Below are positions 26,492-31,267 of a stretch of DNA of 31,267 nt, in pieces. Each line of letters starts with the position of its first letter. Within the stretch, counting starts at the first letter, position 1. The notes under the pieces were generated by a model. That model did not search any database and was not told where the DNA came from. It worked only from the letters and a program-made list of their open reading frames with translations. The stretch is taken from contig JAVJWO010000208.1 of assembly GCA_040222015.1 (NCBI GenBank), forward strand, positions 1 through 31,267. Direction: 5' to 3'. Source of the stretch: Coleofasciculus chthonoplastes F2-STO-03 (GTDB lineage: Bacteria; Cyanobacteriota; Cyanobacteriia; Cyanobacteriales; Coleofasciculaceae). A program made the position numbers and the translations under genes.

Positions 26492-27121
26492 CTAAAAAGC
26501 TAAGTTAAAAATCTCCTGTGCGGATAAGTTGAACTGGGGAAAAGTCGGGGAAACAATGGAGGTATTTCCCGTAAAACTCGTCATCTGATATTCGCCGTCA
26601 ACCAAATTACAAACAAAAAATGTGGGTTGCTTGGGGTTGCCAATAAACTTTCTCGCTCCCAAGGCGGCATAATCGATAATCCAATATTCCTCAATACCCA
26701 TTTCCTCATAATCTCGAAGTTTATTGTAGTAATCGTCACGCCAATTGGTTGAAACCACCTCAACAATTAATTTGACTGAATCCGAATTTTGGATAATTGA
26801 TTCACTTTCCCACCGAGATTCCCTGCCAATAGTTTCTTGGTTCAAAACGATGATGTCCGGTTCATACCCTGATTTTTCCCGTTGGGGTTTGACAATCGAC
26901 TCTCTCGGAATAGTCCAAATACCTCCTTTGCCTATCTGCCTGATAACTATCAATAGTTGCTCAATCAGGGAACCTGTTAGATTTGAATGTTTCCCCTTTG
27001 GCTTGGGCATTTCGATAATTACTCCATCATGCAGTTCGTACCGGACGTCTGATTGTTCGGGATACCAACTGATAAATTCATCAAAGCTGTATAATTTTAG
27101 GTCGGCTTTGGCTTGAGTCAT
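26492..27121 (-). CDS. Uma2 (DUF820) family putative endonuclease
   Basis: YELHDGVIIEM, YEPDIIV, LIVEVVSTNWRDDY..K..DYEEMGIEEYWIID. Start ATG 27121 (MTQAK) is supported by the paralog start at 28687. Confidence 0.92.
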   Translation of the reverse strand: MTQAKADLKLYSFDEFISWYPEQSDVRYELHDGVIIEMPKPKGKHSNLTGSLIEQLLIVIRQIGKGGIWTIPRESIVKPQREKSGYEPDIIVLNQETIGRESRWESESIIQNSDSVKLIVEVVSTNWRDDYYNKLRDYEEMGIEEYWIIDYAALGARKFIGNPKQPTFFVCNLVDGEYQMTSFTGNTSIVSPTFPQFNLSAQEIFNLAF

Positions 27122-27123
27122 AA

Positions 27124-27174
27124 TTGAAGATAATCGGTGTGCGATCGCGTTCGCCATTATACACCGGGCAAAGG
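27124..27174 (-). promoter_or_regulatory. Repeated promoter/leader cassette, copy 2 (directly upstream of Uma2)
   Basis: TTGAAGATAATCGGTGTGCGATCGCGTTCGCCATTATACACCGGGCAAAGG; TATAAT on the minus strand. Confidence 0.65.
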
Positions 27175-27285
27175 GTGAGTAGCTGTAACCAAAAGGTGGG
27201 CAAAATCCGAGCCAAGAATAAATCTCAGCCATCAGTGCTATTATATTAGCCAAACGGTTATCGGTATAAGGCGGAACATTTTGGT

Positions 27286-27320
27286 TAGGAAAGGGAACAG
27301 GGAAAAGGGAACAGGGAACA
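27286..27320. repeat. Heptamer tandem repeat (GGGAACA/GGGAAAA)n
   Basis: aggaaagggaacagggaaaagggaacagggaaca. Confidence 0.75.
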
Positions 27321-27384
27321 AATTTGTCCCAGCTGGGGTTGGTAGCTGCCAAACTTATCACTCTAAGTACGGGAGAGCCAAAAA

Positions 27385-28311
27385 ATGAGACAGTATTCTC
27401 CACTCACAATTGTTTCCTATCTAATCGGTCCGACGCTGATTATCTTTAGCCATATCGGATCGTTACTTGTTTTAATCACGGGTTTATCGTGGGGCGCTTT
27501 CCTATGGATCATATTTTTATATGTTATCCGTATGCTGGCAACAACCGGCATCTACCATCGACTACTCACCCACAAAAGCTATCAAGCTCCGGCTCCAGTT
27601 CTATGGGTGGGAAGTATTGTGGGAGCATCGGCGGGGCAGATGGGTCCAAGTTGGTGGAAAGCACACCATGTAGCCCATCATAAACATGTCGATCAAGATC
27701 TTGATCCCCATTCCCCCTGTACACCCTTTCAGGGGATCAGAGGATTTTATTGGTCTCAAGGAGGTTGGCTACTATCTCCCCGCTTTTTTCCTGCCAAGCT
27801 ACCCGCTGATGTTGAGAGTGATACGGTTTTAAAGGTGATTGACCGTTTGCACTTTATCCCTGTAGTGGCACTTGGGGCAATTTCTTATGTCATGGGTGGC
27901 GTTGAATATCTGGGTGCATTTTTTCTCAGCACAACCCTGCTGTTTCATGGCGTGCAAACCGTCAACTCCCTTTGTCATATTGTGGGGGAACAACCATTTG
28001 TCACCGATGATCTCAGTCGCAATAATAAGTTAGTCGCATTTCTAACTCTGGGTGAAGGCTGGCATAATCTCCATCATGCCTTTCAGTCATCCAGTCGCCA
28101 TGGGATCACTATTTATTCTGGACAGGTTGTCTATCTTCCCGATCCCACATTTAGCTTCATTAAAATGCTTGAGTTCTTAAAGTTAGCGTCAAAGCTTAGA
28201 GTGCCGACTGAAATCAATCTGCTGGCACGTTCCCAGGTTGTAAGCTTTCAGTCTTCCGAGTTGCCAGCTACAGTAAAAACATCGGTAGGTTCTGAACACC
28301 CCTCTAGTTAA
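27385..28311 (+). CDS. Second membrane di-iron desaturase (delta-9-like), divergent
   Basis: His boxes HRLLTH, HVAHH, HNLHH; DPHSP; LTLGEGWHN. Confidence 0.88.
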   Translation: MRQYSPLTIVSYLIGPTLIIFSHIGSLLVLITGLSWGAFLWIIFLYVIRMLATTGIYHRLLTHKSYQAPAPVLWVGSIVGASAGQMGPSWWKAHHVAHHKHVDQDLDPHSPCTPFQGIRGFYWSQGGWLLSPRFFPAKLPADVESDTVLKVIDRLHFIPVVALGAISYVMGGVEYLGAFFLSTTLLFHGVQTVNSLCHIVGEQPFVTDDLSRNNKLVAFLTLGEGWHNLHHAFQSSSRHGITIYSGQVVYLPDPTFSFIKMLEFLKLASKLRVPTEINLLARSQVVSFQSSELPATVKTSVGSEHPSS

Positions 28312-28319
28312 ACATTACT

Positions 28320-28414
28320 TACAGCGCTTCGCGCTCTTATGGAGTACAGTATTACCCGCTATCCCTCAAACGGCTAGATTGATGTTGTACCTCATAGCAG
28401 AGGAAAGCGTTGTA
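28320..28414. mobile_element. Short MITE-like inverted-repeat element
   Basis: Ends TACAGCGCTT / AAGCGTTGTA, with inner imperfect arms TATGGAGTACA / TGTACCTCATA. Confidence 0.55.
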
Positions 28415-28432
28415 TTTTGTCTGGGGAGAGCT

Positions 28433-28687
28433 TCACTCTAACTCAACGTATTCGGCTAAATTTTCAATTTGGGGATCATGAATCTGTAGGGGCTCACTTT
28501 CACGACTATATTTTTGGCTGTGTAAATTAAACAGAGAACCTGTTAGATTTGAATGTTTCCCCTTTGGCTTGGGGATTTCGAGAATTACTCCATCATGCAG
28601 TTCGTACCGGACGTCTGATTGTTCGGGATACCAACTTATAAATTCATCAAAGCTGTATAATTTGGGTTCAGCTTGGGCTTGAGTCAT
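28433..28687 (-). pseudogene. Truncated Uma2 paralog fused to a copy of the 3' end of the neighbouring secreted-protein gene
   Basis: The first ~52 aa are nearly identical to the Uma2 at 26492-27121. The tail DPQIENLAEYVELE* mirrors DPKIENLVEYVDLE* of 28848-30326. Confidence 0.85.
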
Positions 28688-28745
28688 AAATCGTTTTCAG
28701 ATTATTTTGAGCGTTTGTGATTCAAACAAAAGAGATAAAATTGTC

Positions 28746-28817
28746 AATCCAGACAACCGGGCTACATGGAAGATAATCGGCGTGCGATCGCGTTTGCCAT
28801 TATACACCAGGCAAAGG
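28746..28817 (-). promoter_or_regulatory. Repeated promoter/leader cassette, copy 3 (upstream of Uma2 pseudogene)
   Basis: AATCCAGACAACCGGGCTACATGGAAGATAATCGGCGTGCGATCGCGTTTGCCATTATACACCAGGCAAAGG. Confidence 0.65.
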
Positions 28818-28847
28818 TTGATTAGTCGGGGCTTGGTGACCAATTCC

Positions 28848-30326
28848 CTACTCTAAATCAACGTATTCAACTAAATTTTCAATTTTGGGATCAGCAAACC
28901 GATAAAGTAGACGCCACAGCACGGTATAACTTCCATCTAAACGCTGGTGAACCGGTTGAAAAGCAACAATTACATCACTACTCGGTGTCTTGAGGATTTC
29001 TGGTAAATAGCGGCGCTGCGCTCGGGAAATGGGTTCTCCTTTCAGTATGGCTTCAGGTAACTGGAATTGGATTAATCTGACTAAATAGGTATTATTTAAT
29101 GCTATCTTTGAACCTGTAGCCGCAGGTGGACTTAAAGGCGGGACAAACCCGATACCATCCTTACCCGTGTAAAAGCGCCGTTGGTCTATTTGTAAGCCTT
29201 CTACGTCATTGGGTGGACGATAGTTCATAAATAAATCCCGTTGTTCGGGTGTAAGCGTAGAAATTGTGTTTAGATTGCCGTTGATTTCGTCTAAAGAAAC
29301 ATCACCCAAATTGACGATAAAACCATAATCCAGTCCTGGCAATGAAATTGTAAAGTTCCCATTTTCAATCTCCAGTGCAAAGCTGGGAACAGCATCCGTA
29401 ACCGATTCAACCCCAGTAGTTAAGGGAAAGGGTTGGGGGAGGGGAGATTGCAGACGGTTTCGCAACGTATTAGGATCAGGGTGATAGCTTTCGGCGAGAA
29501 AGATACGGGCAATTCCGGTATTCGGTTGGTTAAGAAAGTCGGCATATCGTTGGGGTTCTAAGGGTAAAAGACCTAAAGTACTTTGAGTGGGAATGACTGA
29601 ATAAACACCGGGGTCAATTATACGAGCAGAGTCGGGAAATGCGGGTAATGTGGGTAATAGCTGTTCCCGTGCCGTTAAAAGGGTTTGGGTGACAGCTTCC
29701 GGAGGCGCGATCGCAGGTTGTAGCGGCTGTCTGCTATCGTCTGTAGTCGGGCGTTTTGTCGGCATACCCAAGACGGGCGGTTCCGGTTCCGGGAAGTCAG
29801 GTACAGGCGAAAATCTCGGACGAAGTGGCGTGGCTAAATTCAGCCGCAATCCCAGGCGTTGTTCATCGGGTACGGTACTGGGTGCAGCTACCCCGGCTAG
29901 CATCGGTAACCGCCTATCCAACAGATCAACCATTGGTTCCAGCTTTTGGGTAGATACATAAAGAGTGCAATACACCTGTCGCTGGGGTAAGGTTAACGGT
30001 GCAGGAACATCGGGATCAGGCGTTCCGTTATTACAGAGAAACTGGGGAATTCGATATTGACTCGTCAAGAAGCGTTCTACTTTACCTAGGTGTAAGAACA
30101 GTTGCGATCGCGTCGCTTCTACTTGATATACATTAGGACTGTAGAATGCTCGCTCAATCCGATTAATCAAATTCAGTTGTTCTTGAACCAGTCCTTCGGC
30201 TGGACGCCAAAATCCTTGGGCAAAGCTAGATTGTGCTGTTGTATCTTGGGCATTTGCCGTTGAGGGCGAAAGTAGCGGGAACGATAGGGATAAGGATACT
30301 AATACCAATAAAGATGAGTAGTGCAT
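28848..30326 (-). CDS. Hypothetical secreted/periplasmic protein
   Basis: Signal peptide (hydrophobic core, ANA-Q cleavage site), Pro-rich linker, no recognised catalytic motif. Confidence 0.8.
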   Translation of the reverse strand: MHYSSLLVLVSLSLSFPLLSPSTANAQDTTAQSSFAQGFWRPAEGLVQEQLNLINRIERAFYSPNVYQVEATRSQLFLHLGKVERFLTSQYRIPQFLCNNGTPDPDVPAPLTLPQRQVYCTLYVSTQKLEPMVDLLDRRLPMLAGVAAPSTVPDEQRLGLRLNLATPLRPRFSPVPDFPEPEPPVLGMPTKRPTTDDSRQPLQPAIAPPEAVTQTLLTAREQLLPTLPAFPDSARIIDPGVYSVIPTQSTLGLLPLEPQRYADFLNQPNTGIARIFLAESYHPDPNTLRNRLQSPLPQPFPLTTGVESVTDAVPSFALEIENGNFTISLPGLDYGFIVNLGDVSLDEINGNLNTISTLTPEQRDLFMNYRPPNDVEGLQIDQRRFYTGKDGIGFVPPLSPPAATGSKIALNNTYLVRLIQFQLPEAILKGEPISRAQRRYLPEILKTPSSDVIVAFQPVHQRLDGSYTVLWRLLYRFADPKIENLVEYVDLE

Positions 30327-30835
30327 AAACGTTAGGGGCCATGGCTTGCGCCCGATTTAAGGGTAGAATCCACTCCACCATTGTAGCTGTGTGACATAAG
30401 TAGTAGCTCGGCACACCTAATTATTGGACTTTAGACGAATCAACAAATTGTCCAATTTGGGTATTAATAAGTTTTGTCAACTATTTTGATTGACGGCGAA
30501 GAACCATCTATACTCCTCTTCTAGATATCGATGTTTTAACCTTACGGCTGTCTCACTCAGGTTAAATTCAGGTTAATCGCCCGAAAGCGTAAACCTCCCA
30601 GATACAGTGTTTCGTTGCATTAGTTTTGACTTACATTCATTGAGCGTGAAGGAGTAAATCCTGTGTCTGACCGTTCAGTTTTTGTAAAGTTTTGTGAAAA
30701 AATCGTTCATTTGCGTAAAATTCGCTGCCCAATCCCGAGTAATCAGTGAAGGTTCACAAGTTGCAGCGAATCGACTGGAGTGAAATAGCCACTCGATCAG
30801 ATTTTCTAAGAAATTTTGTTTAAGGAGTGAGAACG

Positions 30836-31066
30836 ATGTCAGTAAACGATTTGTTCGATCAAATTGATGCTCCCGAAGCCTGGGATATTGAAACCGGAAA
30901 CAATATAGTCGTTGGGGTAATTGATACCGGGGTGGATTATAACCATCCTGATCTCAATGACAAATCGTCTTTGCACTTGCTGGGAACGATGAGGTGGATG
31001 GTTCAGGCAGCGTTGGTGGTAATCAGTTCTACGGCGGTCAAGGTCATGATACCCTAGATGCCTCTA
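30836..31066 (+). pseudogene. Collapsed remnant of an S8 (subtilase) protease / RTX Ca-binding repeat gene
   Basis: RBS AAGGAG then MSVNDLFD, followed by IDAPEAWD..VVGVIDTGVDYNHPDL (S8 Asp motif). In another frame from 30964: IVFALAGNDEVDGSGSVGGNQFYGGQGHDTL (GGxGxD repeat). Confidence 0.75.
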
Positions 31067-31267
31067 ATAAACTACCCAGACCGGCTAAGAGCTGAGGTCT
31101 GGGTTTTTAGTAGCCCTAAAGTCATCGAACAAGCTAAGACTTCGGCGTGAGCGCTCAGTCGAACGCTGAACATACTCGATAGTTCGGCTTAGCTTGCACG
31201 ATAACCCCGTGCCTCCAGGCTGGTTTATAGACAGCCCCACAAGTGCAATATTATTGGCTCCATTAAA
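31067..31267 (-). mobile_element. tnpB: 3' end of a third tnpB and its right end, truncated by window end
   Basis: Minus strand 31267-31085 reads FNGANNIALVGLSINQPGGTGLSCKL...KNPDLSS*, a RuvC-III tail. It overlaps hairpin ACCCAGACC..GGTCTGGGT, and the element ends AGTTTAT near 31067. Confidence 0.75.

Noticed and set aside
26254..28817. Three long repeats as a CRISPR array or attC sites
   Set aside because: Spacing is about 0.9-1.6 kb with whole genes between, and there is no attC-like palindrome or integron integrase. Kept only as a promoter cassette.
30420..30830. Riboswitch or ncRNA in the long intergenic region (also considered for 5794-6000 and 14220-14540)
   Set aside because: Only isolated hairpins are visible and I recognise no riboswitch consensus; an Rfam/Infernal scan would be needed.

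Overview
Cyanobacterial chromosomal DNA, judged from frequent HIP1 GCGATCGC octamers, heptamer tandem repeats and pcyA-devBCA synteny. A filamentous Oscillatoriales/Coleofasciculus-like host is my inference. The left part is mostly core genes: pcyA, a devBCA ABC exporter, an M15 peptidase, lysC, and a TetR/recombinase-fold regulator divergent from an acyl-lipid desaturase. It is interrupted by a tnpB-only IS200/IS605 element whose RuvC-II glutamate has been lost at an in-frame mini-repeat insertion. The centre (14545-23256) is a co-oriented, HIP1-poor, NRPS/PKS-free nine-gene biosynthetic operon. It encodes a DUF3326 protein, two BBOX/TMLH-like Fe/2OG dioxygenases, a PLP threonine aldolase, a SAM methyltransferase, a CmcI-family protein, a GNAT, a DapL-like aminotransferase and a sulfotransferase-like protein. 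A flavin amine oxidase and a second desaturase lie nearby. I cannot match this gene set to a pathway I know, and it is the best candidate for an undescribed system, with carnitine/guanitoxin-like chemical logic. The right part is a plastic region with Uma2 nuclease genes, a triplicated promoter cassette, MITEs and scrambled gene fragments. Both window edges carry tnpB 3' ends. All calls come from reading the sequence by eye; no database searches were run.
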